Shown here: in pieces, positions 13,293-25,790 of the stretch
Layout: each line of letters starts with the position of its first letter
Position numbering within the stretch: position 1 is the first letter of the stretch
Assembly: GCF_018977255.1 (NCBI RefSeq)
Contig: NW_024704742.1
Location: forward strand, 111,788,001-111,852,000
DNA from: Callorhinchus milii
Taxonomy: Eukaryota
Reading direction: 5' to 3'
Length of the DNA: 64,000 bases
Made by a program: the position numbers and the translations under genes
The notes under the pieces: model-generated
Told to the model about the DNA's origin: nothing
Seen by the model: only the letters and a program-made list of their open reading frames with translations
Database searches by the model: none

Positions 13293-13452
13293 TGCAGGGT
13301 ATCTCCTTAGATCAACCTCAGCCCCATGGTCCTAGCTGAGTCCCTCAGTCTTAGTTCAGTGCTTTGGACCTACCTTCTAAGTCTAAAGTTTCACTCAATC
13401 TTAGCCTTCAGACCATTGTCTTAAAATTTAAGATCTGACAGAATTAAGTGTG

Positions 13453-13822
13453 CAGCCTGGCTCAATGGTGGCACTCTTGCCTCAGAGTAAGAAGTTTACA
13501 GGATCAAGCTCTGTCTATGAACTTGAAATCACATAGTTTAAGGTGACACTCCAATGCAGTGCTGTGGGGTGTTGCATTGTTGGAGGTGCCGTCCTTTGGA
13601 TGAGATACTAAACTGAGGTCTTGTCTGTCAGTTCAGGTGGACATTAAAGATTTCATTGGCACTATTCGAAAAGAGAAGGTAATTTCTCCCAGAGTCCTGG
13701 CCAACAATCCTCCAAATAAAAAGTTGGTTACTCACTCCGTGGCTGTTTGTGGAACACCCTATGTGCAAACTGGCTGCCATGTTTGCCCACAAAATGCACA
13801 GTCATCCTACTTTACAGTATAT
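13453..13822 (+). mobile_element. DeuSINE-like SINE (family A), lacking the extreme 3' tail
   Basis: tggctcaatggtggcactcttgcctcagagt head; core tgcattgttggaggtgccgtcctttggatgagatactaaactgagg...caggtggacattaaaga...ggcactattcgaa, matching my recall of the SacSINE1/Deu domain. Confidence 0.9.
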
Positions 13823-14555
13823 CCCGTACACAACCTAGGCGTCAGGTTCGACCTCCAAATATCCTACCTCCCCCATATCTGGTCCCTCACCAGCATGGGG
13901 GTATGGGGGAGGAAGGACAGCTGGGGGTCAAACTGGACGCCTAGATTGTGCACTGGTTTGATGAGTCTGAGGGAGAGCCAAGAGAGGTTGAGGAGTTTAG
14001 ATCCACAGCAGTGAAGATGTTGATGGGAGCCAAGGACTATGGCTTCTGTCTTGTCCATATTCAGCTGCGGGAAGTTTGCACTCATCCAGGCCCTGATATC
14101 TGCCAGACAACTGACAGAACATCAGCAGACCTGGAGTTGGTACTGGAGGAGGCAAAGTAGATTTGTTGTCATCTAAATACATGCCCCGTGTCTGTGGATG
14201 ACATTGCCCATAGGGAGCATATAGATAAGGAAAAGAAGATGGCCAAGAATGGATTCCTGGGGTACCCTGCAGGTGATGGGCAGGGACGGGAGGAGAAACC
14301 ATTTGCCGAGATGAATGTGTCGAACATGGCAAAAAGATCCAGGATGACAAGGAGGCAGAAGGAGCCCTGGTCACAGATAGAGAGAACGTCATTTTTGACT
14401 TTGACAAGTGCTCTCTCAGTTCTGTGGGCAGGGCAAAAAACAGACTACAGGGACTCAAGGAGGGAGAGGAAAGGGAGTTGTGACTGAAGTTGACTTGTAA
14501 CAATACGTTCCAGGATTTTGGCGAAGAAGGAATTTGACAATGCTCCTTCTTCAAT
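13823..14555 (-). mobile_element. L2 LINE RT-domain fragment, frameshifted and internally deleted, with an inverted duplicate at its left end
   Basis: Minus-strand remnants: NFPQLNMDKTEAIVLGS, VHNLGVQFDPQLSFLPH, YLDDN and a PQG-type motif near 14250-14270. Confidence 0.9.
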
Positions 14556-14939
14556 GCATTGCTTTTTTACTGAGTGACAAACAGACAGTCAGACACAATT
14601 GGTGACTCCTTTGCACCTTTGCATATGACAGGGTTGGGGGGTTGGGGGGAGAGAAGGGAGGAAATTATCCCATCAAAATCCTGCAGGTAAACAGAATGAT
14701 GTCACTTTATGACTCTGACTGTTCTGACATTCTAAGGAAGAGATAACAATGGAACAAAGATTGCACCGGTCAGTCTGACCACAGTCAGTGACTTACAAGA
14801 TTCAGTGTTTTCCAATTGTTTGTGTTTCCACTATTCTCCTTCAAGGGAGGTAAGCAGGGTCTCTTTGGGGCTGAATTGGCTCCAATGTGACTCAGCTGCC
14901 AATGGAATATTGGAATTATGTCTGTGGCGGTCTCCGTAA

Positions 14940-15705
14940 GACGGCTCCTGAGCCAGCAGGACCACAGTACTCGAAGGCACTGTTGATGATGAACCAATCA
15001 GCCTAGCTCATCAGCAGGACTTGAAGCAGTAGGTCAGTCACTGGGACTGGGATTCTTCCTATTCTGCTTTCCTTGTAAGCTGAAGCCTTTCAAATAAAGA
15101 GGTCTAGCTGGACAAACAGCAGGAGGATTATCAATGTTAATAAGGGCAAGCTGTGTGGTTTTAGCTGGTTGTTCTCCAGCAGTAACCCACAACACAGTGC
15201 AAGCCTTGGCTTTTGCCAACCTGCATCTAAGTTTTCCGGGGATAGGCAAGCAGGGTGCATCCATTGAGAAGCGTGTGTGCACTCTGTTCCAGACAAATGG
15301 AAATTTCCTTAAATGTGTAGAACATTGTGGGTTCAAATATTAATCCGAGATCCCATCTGCTTGTTCAGGTGGGTGTTAAAGATCCCATGGCACTATTCGA
15401 AAAGAGAAGGGAGTGGGGAGTTTCTCCCAGTGTCCTGGCCAACAATTCCCCAAATGAAAGTGGTCACTTGTTTCATTGCTGTTTGTGGGACATTGCTGTG
15501 TGCAATTGTGCAGCTGCATTTGCCTACAAATACACAGTCAATCCATTTCACAGTCATTCCTGTAAAGCTCTTCAAGACACTATGATAAGGCACTATACCA
15601 AATGCAAGGATTATTAATGGAAGTCTCAATAATTTGGTCTGAGTACTCTTAAGCATGATGTGTTAGTCATGTGTTAGTCACCCAGCTGACCCCCCAAAAA
15701 CATGA
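14940..15705 (-). repeat. Family X copy split by a family A SINE (+, ~15325-15616)
   Basis: The reverse complement aligns by eye with 5460-5995 on both sides of the SINE. Confidence 0.7.
15325..15616 (+). mobile_element. SINE family A, core and tail
   Basis: gttcaggtgggtgttaaagatcccatggcactattcgaa...ggcactataccaaatgcaaggattatt. Confidence 0.9.
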
Positions 15706-15967
15706 ATTACAGGTTGGAACTAATGCATTGTAGAATCCACAGTATTGCAAATATTATTGTTGGTACATTACTATTGTCTGCTACAATTTCATTAACACTG
15801 TGAAAATTATAATTTTCTCACTCGGTATTTAGATAAGGGTGTGCACTGATTGAATTTCTTCAGCACATAGTTCAAACCTGTTAATGTTAAACCTGTTTAA
15901 ATTCTAATTTCCATGAATAAATGGAATGTCAGCCAAAAGAGGGAACACAAAAAGTGTTGAAGTAGAT

Positions 15968-16235
15968 ACAACAACAAACAACAAATTACATTTGTATAGC
16001 GCCTTTCAAGTCAGGAGGACATCCCATGGCACAAAACGATACTGGCTTGGTATTTTCATTTGATAAAGCAAATAAAATGTGAAAGGACGAAACTATGTAA
16101 CAACTGAAGAGAAATAATAATAATAATAAAATAATAATCTTTGCATTTGATATCGTGCCTTTCAACAAAAGACGTCTCAAAGTGCTTCACAGAATATACT
16201 CTAAAGTGAATTTACTGTATATTTTGTGGGCGAAA
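15968..16235 (-). mobile_element. L2 tail (~15968-16035) and SINE tail (~16112-16235)
   Basis: (CAA)n-attacatttgtatagcgcctttc and (TAA)n-ctttgcatttgatatcgtgcc signatures. Confidence 0.8.
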
Positions 16236-17654
16236 GATAGACAGAGAAGATGAGCTTGAAGACAAACTTTACTTGCAGCTGTTTCTAGATCCTCCCTCCG
16301 GAATTCTCAAAGTTTATCCAGTGGAAAGTAGTCCATTCTCTCCAGTAGCAGATTGATGTCATATGTCCTTGGTCGGGGACCTGGATGGGTGCCAAAGACT
16401 GACATATAAACAAAGTTCCACAAAAACATTCAAGGCCAATTCAACAAGCTGCAACAGCTGAGCTCAGAACACCTCTCACAATACAATGGGGCTTCACTGT
16501 GGAGGACAATATTAGGTCAACATTTCTGGTGACTAGCATTTGGCACCAGCCTTTTGAAACAAGTTGGAACTTGCATTGTCCATTGATTTAATATATGTCT
16601 GCACTATTTCGATAACCGAGTCTGTCTGCACAGGAAGTTTTTTCTTGAGGCGGCAATTTACTGGTGTTTCTAGAGTTTAAAATACATGAGCATTGTAAGG
16701 CCAGTGGTAAAACAATTGTGTAATGCTCCTTTTGGACTAAAATGAGCTTAATTTCAAGTGGATAACTTCTCTATAAGGCAGAGGCTGATAAGTACTGAAC
16801 TGAGGAATCTGAGAGAGGCAGTTGTTCAAAGCCATCACTATCCGGAATAGCACAGTCTTGTGTGATGACAGACAATCTTCAGAACAAATAAACAAATTAT
16901 ATCATACATCCCAAGTCATATTTGTGCTCTCTGTGCTTCATGATACCGCATACAGTGAGACATGTTATTTCTTGTGCTGATTGTGTAAGTGTGTGTAGTG
17001 AGTCCTTTCCTATAGAAGGAATTGGAGTAAGAACATTGCTTCTGCCACCCCTCTGTACCTCAGTGCTGACTCACACTTCCCTTAATGCTTTCTCCTTTAG
17101 CTGCAAAGGATGGGATTGTCTGGGCTATGGAACAAAGGTCAGTATTGATCGATTGCTGCTTCAACAGTGATCTGTGGAACTGTTCCTTGTGATCATTTTC
17201 ATCTCCTATCTGCTGTCCATTGGATTGCAGCTAATGGCCCAGATGAAGAATTATTGATACAAACATAAATGTATTTGAATGTCACTGTGCATGTAGATTT
17301 AAACTTGCACTCCCCCTTCCCATACCTGGGAGTCCAAAGATTTATCTCTAGTGGCAGAAAACCACTGACAAACTTTGCTACTGGAGATTTCAGTGTGTTA
17401 TTTGTCATGTACAGATGTCCTATGACATGCAAAATTAATCACACCTTGCCAAAAATCAGCCACATTAAATGATATTTGTTTCAGTCACTTTTGATTATAA
17501 CACTGGCTTTTCTATAAATATTCATTAAGGTAAACTGTTCTGGAAATCTGATCTTAGACTAAACTTTGCCAGATTGGCTGACCTCAAATCAAACTGAACA
17601 ACGGGGTTCCAAATTTGGCAGAAAAAACAACTGCAAGACTAAAAATGTTTTTTT

Positions 17655-18385
17655 CGACCTGTCTCATTTGGTAATTCTCTTGCCTCTAAGTCAGAAGATT
17701 GTGCGTTTAATGCCCAAGTCAGGATTTTGAACTCCAATGCAGTGTTGGCAGAGCGCTGCATAGTTGGAGGTGCCGTCTTTCAGATGAAATGTTAAACCAA
17801 AGTCTTGTCTGCCTGTTCAGATGGATGGTAAAGATCCCATGGCGCTATTCGAAAAAAGTGTTTCTCCTGGTGTCCTGGTCAACAATCCCCCAAATAAAAT
17901 TGTTCATTCAATCCATAGCTATTTGTGAGACATTGCTGCGTGCAAATTGGCTGCTGGGTTCACCTACAAAATACACAATCACTACACTTTACAGTAAATC
18001 CTGTGGACCACTTTGATTCCTTTCTTTGCTCCGTTCAACGGGCTCTGGTCTGCTCCATGTCTCCCGCCTGACCCGCGCTACCATTGGTGGCCAGTCTTCC
18101 AGCCTCTTTGCCCCCATACTCTGGAAATCTATCCCATAGTCCCTTCACCTCGTTTCCTCCCTTGCCTCCTTCAAAGCCAGTCTCAAGACCCTCCTCTTCG
18201 ATCATGTCTTTGGTCGCCTTCCCACCTCTCTGCCTTCCCTCATTCCTACACCATCCCTCCCCCATGCTCTGGTCCTGACCCCTGACTGTTCAGCGCTTTG
18301 GGACATCCTCCCGACATGAAAGGCGCTCTATAAATGTAATTTTCTTGTTGTGGTTGTTGATACGTGAAAGATGTTATGTCAAATA
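17655..18385 (+). mobile_element. SINE family A with a nested L2 3' fragment (+, ~18015-18358)
   Basis: The SINE head and core run to cactttacagtaaatcctgtg. The L2 3' end terminates in ttgttgtggttgttg, then the SINE tail resumes (acgtgaaagatgttatgtcaaatac). Confidence 0.85.
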
Positions 18386-19339
18386 CAGCGTGACCAAAAA
18401 GTTATACCATTACAATGTCGAATACGTTTTAAAGAAATTATTTTTTTTTAGATACCACGACTATTTTATTATTCTGGATTTATTATAAAAGTGGTATCAG
18501 AATAGAACAATCATACAATGGAAGACTAAAATTAAGTGGGACAAGCAAAAATAACAAAATAGCACAGTTGCACAGTAGTACTTTATAATTGAATCACAGT
18601 CAATAAATAATAATAGACAGCTGATTTTCAATATATCAGGATAATATGACAATGGGATCCAGATGTGTAGAATTATTTCTAATAAATTGTTTCTAATTGC
18701 ACTGTTTTTTTCATGTCAAGATATACTGGATACACCACATGAAATTGTGGGTTTCTCAGCTTATCTCATCACTGATTCTTTCTAGCACTGATTCGTATAT
18801 ATAATTCCATCAAGATCATAAGCACCATAGGATCAATCAGAAGATGTAGCACTGGTTATAAATACGTAGTTGTGATACTATATTTAAATAAATTTACCAC
18901 ATATAAGTTCAAGGCAGTGCTTCTTATACTTTATGAAGCATTGGTGACATTACTCATGAAGCATTGTGTCTGGCTAAACCCCCATGCTTGCAAATCTACA
19001 GTATATGTGGAATCAGCTGTGTGTCTTACGAATCCTTCCCACTGCCACTTTTCCAAGCATAGTGACCGTAGACAGACACAATGGTTCATGAAATGTTAGT
19101 AGCACAGCCTTGAATTTAGATTTGGTGGATCTATTTGCATATCTCAACAACTTTACTTGCAACCAGTGTCACCTATACTGATGATTCTTACAATGCTCAT
19201 TGAACTATTAACTCCAAGACATTTTTGCCTGAACATCTAAGCAAATGATATACTGTGCTCTTCAGTTTATAACCATATTGAATGTAGTACATTTGTATAT
19301 CATCTTCCATAAAATAACATTTTAAAAATAAAAAAAAAA

Positions 19340-19510
19340 TAATAATTTGGTCACTCTATCCACGACTGTTTGTGGGACACTGCTGTGCACAATTGGCTGC
19401 AATGTTTTGCCCACAAAATATCCAGTCAATTCAGTTTATAGTCTATTCTGTGAAGCATCTTGAGATGTCTCAAAGACGTGATAAGGCGCTATCATTATTA
19501 TTGTTATTAT
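19340..19510 (+). mobile_element. SINE 3' tail fragment
   Basis: tttggtcactctatccacgactgtttgtgggacactgctgtgcacaattggctgc...gataaggcgctatcattatt. Confidence 0.9.
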
Positions 19511-20199
19511 ATCTCAGAATTAAATTCATTTGTGATTTATTCATACAATTAGTCTCATAAGTTTCATAGACCTCTCATATGTAGCATGTATAGCTAAGTC
19601 TCATGTTACCTCTTTCCTCACAATATTCTGCATAACAATTTGATATCATCTGCAGATTTAGAAATTCTACTTTTAATATTTTTATTAGGTATCAGCAATT
19701 TGGATTGTGAAGGTAAGGAGGCTTGGTTTAACTTTAAGACCAAGTGTATTAAATTTTCAAGTTGTAAGAATTTTGTTAAACTTAATTTCACTCTTAATTG
19801 GAGAATTGAATTTTTGTAGTTCTTTAAAATAATTTCAGGCCTCAGAAGTCTCAAAGCTGGACCTTGAGTAGATCATTGGTCCTGGTACTATAATTAAAAC
19901 TAGCATTGGCATGGTGGTGGTGATGCCTCAGTATTGTGTGATAAAGCTTGGTTTCCAACAAGTTTTTGATCGCAATAAAGTCATAGGCCTCACAGTGAGG
20001 ATTGTCCCAAGGCGGCTCTCACACACCTCTTCAGCGGAGATCTGCAATATGGTTGCTCTCCAGTCTGCTCTTTGCTTGTTGAGGAGATCAGCAAAGAGAA
20101 AATGAGGAACGTGGAGAAATATCACCCCAAAAGAACAAGAGACTGCTGCCATTGTTTTTTGTTCTTTGTGTTATATAGCCGATTTAAAGTCTTTTGCAT

Positions 20200-20560
20200 G
20201 ATCTGTTCAAATGCCTCATGACAGTCAAGAATATATAACACCCACACATTGCCATCATTTATCAAGTCTGTTACATCTTCAAAGAATTCCAAAAATATTG
20301 TTTAGCACGACTTGCTTTTGATAAGCCCATGTTGGCTTACAATTATCAGCCTTAATCCTGTCATACTAAATTGCTTCTTTATAATGGATGCCTGTGGGTT
20401 TTTGTTCCTCTATAGATGTCAGACTAACAGGCCTAGAATTCTCATACTTAGACCATTTTGGGGAAAAAGAAATTAGAACGATATTAGCTTTTTTCCAGCA
20501 TTCTGGTCATTTCTCTGCATTTAATGAGCTGCAATAATTCCAGACAGTACGTCCTTTACC
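20200..20560 (-). mobile_element. Old CR1 RT-domain fragment (a second remnant at ~19560-19700)
   Basis: The minus strand translates to QHGLIKSKSC..IFLEFFEDVTDLINDG, a CR1 RT motif; ADDIKL appears in ORF 19618-19854. Confidence 0.7.
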
Positions 20561-20669
20561 TTCTGTTCTTAGACTGCCGCCAGGTCTGTGCAGATGTCTC
20601 TCCATGGGCTGGCTGGTTCGGTATATTTTCAGCACACATACTGTGATACTAAAACTAGTAGTATAGTTG

Positions 20670-21130
20670 CTCATTCGGCTCAGTGTAACATAAGATCATA
20701 AAGAGCGGAAGGTTGTGGGTTCAAAGCTTAGTCTGTGCTGGTTAGCCATATAAGTAATAGGAGTACTACAATGGCTCCGCGCCCAGGGTTAAGGAGAAAA
20801 TCAGCCAGAGGTGCTGCTCCTCGTCGCTATTGAAAGATGCTTGTCAGAAAGTTACTGTGTGTGTGTGGATGTTGGGTTAGACCCACAAACAGAGAATGAC
20901 CAATTTTATTTGGGGAATTGTTGGCCTTTCCTCCCCGCAGTCAAATAGTTAACCTCTCAAAGTAATAATAAAAATAATCCCCTTGCATTTGATATAGCAC
21001 CTTTTCATGTTGTTGAGATGTCTCAAAGCGCTTCATAGGATTCACTGTAAAGTAGATTGACTCCATAAGAGCTCACAATTGAATAATGAGATTTTGGAGT
21101 TGACCAGTGAACGTGGAAACAAACCTCTGT
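20670..21130 (+). mobile_element. LF-SINE-like relic interrupted by two younger SINE fragments (~20881-20926 and ~20962-21060)
   Basis: gtctgtgctggttagc..ctacaatggctccgcgcccagggttaaggagaaaatcagccagaggtgctgctcctcgtcgctat..tgtgtggatgttgggt..cagtcaaatag..gctcaca follows my recall of the LF-SINE consensus order. Confidence 0.7.
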
Positions 21131-21189
21131 AGAAGAAAAAAGAGCTAACACCTGAAAGATGGAACAGAGGGGAAGAGAAAAATTAAGGA

Positions 21190-21435
21190 CAACTCCATCC
21201 CACGAATGGTGGCCAATCTTTAATCATTCCACTCCTGCCTACTGCAGCTCTCTCACAACAATAGTTTGCGTCATTTCCTCTCTCCCTGCTTTCAACATTT
21301 CCTATCTCTTTAGCTGCGCTTCCATTCTCCCCCCTCAAGCCTCCCTATCCTAATCGTAATTGTTAAGTGCTTCAAGACATTCATTCTAAGTGAAAGTTGC
21401 TGTCTGTATAAGTTAAATTTGTTGATCTTGTTGTT
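21190..21435 (+). mobile_element. L2 3' fragment, decayed
   Basis: ctctccctgctttcaa...aagtgcttcaagacatt...gtgaaagttgct...ttgttg tail. Confidence 0.65.
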
Positions 21436-22156
21436 ATTAGTTGAAATATATATCCAGTATTTGATTTCCACCACATCTGTGCAAGCCAAGTTCTATCCAC
21501 TTTTGCTTTCACATGTGTTCCGTAAACTTATCTTTTCATGTGAGAAAGTTTTCATTATGAAAAATAATCACAATCATTAATCATGGATTTATTAATTTTA
21601 TTTTTTCCGTTTTAACACTTCAACTCTAATTGGACATTGAGTAGTGAATAGGCTCAAATGTTTTAATCAGTAAAGATGTTACAAAGAAACACACACATTT
21701 CAATTCCTTTTAATTCATATTTATTAATAACATCAGTATAAAGTATAATGTCTATATTATCTATGAATAGGACAGTGATTGAACAGTACCTATTGCATCA
21801 AAGAATGTGTTTTGTGTAGTCTCAAAACTAATAGACTGTCGTCAAGGTCGAAAGATGGAAATAAGCCTTACGGTGAACTATTGACCAAAGGTGCAATTGA
21901 AGAGATAGGTTTTTTAGAAAGGTGTGAGATAGAAGGATTTGGGGAGAGAATTCTTGAGAGCAGGTCATAGGGAATAAACTCGTAATTGCAGAATGTTTTA
22001 TGTAGTTAAGAGTTGAGGAAATAACAATCATTTAGATTGTATACAAGATAACACACTATGCACTGTTAGAAGAGAAAGGCACATCATGGGTTTGTTGCAA
22101 AAACGACATCACAAAGCAAAATAGCAAAATATAAGATGTTTTCCTTTTATGTCATG

Positions 22157-22720
22157 CAACAACAATAATTTACATTTATATAGCGCTTTTCACATCCACA
22201 TTGGGAGGATGTCTGAAAGCACTTCACAGAATGAACTGGAAGCTAAAGCTGGGAAAAGAGAAGTTTAAGGGGGAAGGGAAAGTGACTGAAAGCATAGTTG
22301 AAAAGCTAAGACTTCAGGCAGGCTTTGAAAATGGAGAGCAACGCAACAACAACAACTTGCATTTATATTGTACGTTCACATGAGGTATCGTCCCAGGGTG
22401 TTTGAAAAAGTTTCATGTCAGAAGTAGGATAGAGAAGGATGGAGTTCCAGAGAGTTCCAGAGAACTGTTGGAAGCTCACCCACCAATGGTGTGGTTAATC
22501 AGGTAGTGGATATGAAGTAGTGGATATGGTGTTTGCTGAGTGGAGGGAGTGACTGGGGCATAAGTTTACAGGACATGGGGTAAGAGGGTGGAAGGATTTG
22601 AAAATGAGGATTAGGATCTTGGATTTGATCCACTGGGTGAAGGGGATTCAGTGGAGACAGCAAAGTAAGGGGTGATTGGTTCATGTACTCTGGTGCAGGA
22701 GAGGACAGGCACACCTGCAA
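22157..22720 (-). mobile_element. Two tandem L2 3' fragments (~22157-22340 and ~22343-22720)
   Basis: Two (CAA)n tails (aacaataatttacatttatatagc and caacaacttgcatttatat); ggatttgaaaatgaggattaggatctt corresponds to the KIL..FK motif region. Confidence 0.75.
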
Positions 22721-23224
22721 TTTTTAGAGTGATATACATGCTGGAAAAATTGATTAATTTGATATTACCTCACACTTGTTTCTTGTACTTTTACACAATT
22801 AATTTTGTTACAAGCCTAAGCATATTGTTTTTACAGCTGTTTGCATTTTTGTTTAAAAAATGACTCACTCTTTGAAAATTGCTGAATATTAAAATAATCA
22901 AGGAAAAAAAGTTTTTAACAGAAATGTCAAAATTTGTCACATTTTGAAATTGGTGGGCAGGAGAAGTGATATTTTATTTACAACCCTCATTATAATATTC
23001 CCACAGTTCCCTTGAATCATGCTGTGTCTGCTATTATTTTAGCAGACTGGCATCAACATTAGTAACAACTGGAGATTGCAAGCTTGGTCGCTGGTTCATC
23101 AAGTCCTGTGTGTGGTCTTGTTCTACCTATCAACTCCTGGCCTGTCATCATTCACTGTGACAGCTCTTCCTGATTACAAAGTCTCCTGACTGTGTAAATA
23201 TCACTGGGCTTCACTGAAAGGACA

Positions 23225-23505
23225 TGATGGCAGATTTTTGGGGGGACAGTCGGGTGTCTGACCCAGGTGGAAACCCAGCATCGTGCTTAAGCGTATCCAA
23301 ACCAGACTGTAGGTTCCACATATGTATGCAACATACACGTGGAAATTTGCCTGTGCCTGAATTGAAATGCACAGTCTCTCCCAGGAGGGACTCATCCTGC
23401 TTATCTAATTCCAGAGAGTAATAGGCACAGATTGGCAAAAAACAAAACATCCCAGGGTGTGCTTAGGTGTACTGCTGGAGTTTAACCAGCTAAAAATGCA
23501 TAACT
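23225..23505 (+). repeat. Family X copy (5' half)
   Basis: gggtgtctgacccaggtggaaacccagcatcgtgcttaagcgtatccaaacca...ctcatcctgcttatctaattccagagagta...ctgctggagtttaaccagctaaaa. Confidence 0.75.
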
Positions 23506-24489
23506 TTCCATTGAGGTCACTCACTGTCTGGCAATCTTTCCCGATTCTTCAAGGTCGTCACCCTCATCTACAAAACTATTCACTTCCTGGTTCCCCCTAA
23601 TCTCTCCAATCTCCTCGTACCCCACTCCTCCACCCGTCCACTCTGTTCAGCTAACTCGGACTTGGTAGGTATCAGGAACCCTGGTGAGCAGCACAGTTCA
23701 GCATAAAACTCATGAGAGCATTGCTACCATCTTGCTGCCCACAGCTCAGACACACAGTCCTACCCATCGAGAAATGGTTCCATCAGTTCGAGGTGCTGAG
23801 CTTCAGCAGCTATAGCCTCTCTGTAACCTTGAATGTAATAAAGAGGGAGATGGGGAAGAGAATCTAGATTACGCATGATTATAGTAGAGTGGAGAGGGCT
23901 GGAAACCGGACCTAAGTGTAAGTCTAAGTGTAGTGATGGGGCAGAGAGGAACCACCTTAAAAACTGTACTAAATATACAAAAAACACAACCTAGCTGCTG
24001 CTTGAAGCTTTGTGCTGTACAGGGCCAGTTCCCATCAACTAGATTTGACGGCACATGTGTGCACTCATGTGCATTGTTATTTTCCCCTCAGGGCTCCACT
24101 CTGTGTGCAGTGGGTGAGGCCATAGGGCTGAGTGACAGGAAGCTCAATCTGTAGATGAGCTGCAGGCAATGGAGCAGACCTCATAGAGTGCAATTGGAAA
24201 ACACTGTAGAATTCTCCCATCCGTTTATGTATGCAGGAGGTTGTGGATGAAGCTACTGCTTCTGTATGTTCACTTATTGAGGTGAGCGTTCTCACAGCTA
24301 AAAATGGAAGTTTCATAGTTCTGGGCTCCACTGTCAGGATCAAACTCTCGCAGGTCTGGTATAGGGTGAACAATGAGAGATGTGATAATTACCAATGGTG
24401 ATAATTGTCACATCACATATCGTGATCCTCTCCCCCTCCCAACCCCTCATCCGCAATGCTCTGCAGTAGTTTCAGTCCTTCTTTCCCAA

Positions 24490-24825
24490 TATTTCCCAAC
24501 GTTTCACCCACAGTCAATACAGTCAAATCACTTTACAGTACATTCTGTAAAGTGCTTTGAGACGTCTCGAAGACATGATAAGGCACTATATTAAATGCAA
24601 GGATTATTATTAGTTTTTCTTCCAATGCCTCAGAGTAGGAAAGCCAATTTTAATGCAAATTAGGTCCAAATTATGGACATTTTATATAGTAATAATAATA
24701 TTCATATTACTTGTGTTTGATATAGCTTCTTGACACTTCAAAACATCTCAAAGTGCTTTACAGAGTTTACCTGTAAAGGATAACTGTGTAATTGTAGCCA
24801 AACATGACAGCCAATTTGTGCACAT
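24490..24825. mobile_element. Two SINE tail fragments (+ ~24490-24612; - ~24690-24825)
   Basis: Shared SINE tail in opposite orientations. Confidence 0.8.
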
Positions 24826-24832
24826 TTATATT

Positions 24833-25640
24833 AATAATAATAATCCTTGTATTTGATATAGAACTTTATCACATTGTTGAGATGCCTCAAAGTGCTTCAC
24901 AGAATACTGTTTATTTTATGGGTGAAACGTACAGCCAGTTGCACACAGCAATGTCCCACAAACAGCCATGAAACGAATTGCCAATTTTATTTGGGGGATT
25001 GTTGGCCAGACACCGGGAGAAACTCTCGAACTGTGCCATGGGATCATTAACGTCCACCTGAACAGGCAAATAGGATCTCGGTTTAACAACAACAACAAGA
25101 TTCCAGTTATATAGCACCTTTCACGTCGGGAGGACGTCCCAAGGCGCTGTACAGTTGGGTCATGACCCGAGCAGGGGGGAAATGGTCAGGGTGAGGGGAG
25201 GGAAGGGAGGGAGCGAGGAGGGGTTAGAGAGTCGAGAGGGGAGCTGAAACCACGGTCAAAGAGAAAGGTCTTGAGACCGGCCTTGAGGGAGGAAAGGGAG
25301 GAAGCAAGGCGAAGGCACTGGGGGATAGAGTTCCAGAGCCTAGGGGCTGAGAGGCTGAAGGCCCGGCCACCGATGGTAGAGTGGTTGGGGCGGAGGATGT
25401 GGAGCAGACCGGAGCCAGAGGAACGGAGGGTACGGGCAGGTAGGTAGGGGGATAGTAGGGCAGAGAGGAAGGAGGGAGCAAGGCCGTGAATGGCCTTGTA
25501 GGTGAGGATGAGGATCTTGAATTAACGACTCATCCGAAGGACGACACCTCCGACAATGCAACAGCCCTCCCACCCCCAGTGGGGCACTGGAGTGTCAGTT
25601 TTATGTGATTCCAAGTCCTGACGTGGGGCTTGATCCCACA
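24833..25640 (-). mobile_element. SINE family A with a nested L2 3' fragment (-, ~25087-25525)
   Basis: The SINE reads continuously across the insert (ctcggtttaac | gactcatccgaaggacgacacctccgacaatgca). The L2 carries a (CAA)n tail and retains CpGs, so it looks young. Confidence 0.9.
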
Positions 25641-25669
25641 AACAGCCATTATGTATTGACCAATATTTA

Positions 25670-25790
25670 TCTGGAAGATTGCTGGTCAGGTCACTGGGAG
25701 AAATTATTTTTGAGTAGTGCTACAGGATCTTTAATATCCACTTGAATGGGCAGACAGGATCTTGGTTAATGTCTCATCTGACAGATGGCA
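25670..25790 (-). mobile_element. Older DeuSINE core fragment
   Basis: tagtgctacaggatctttaatatccacttga...gtctcatctgacagatggca is the reverse complement of the Deu core. Confidence 0.7.

Noticed and set aside
15657..15680. Small tandem duplications (atgtgttagtc x2; similar at 8551-8587, 22442-22463, 47293-47311)
   Set aside because: Ordinary slippage-type micro-duplications with no further structure.
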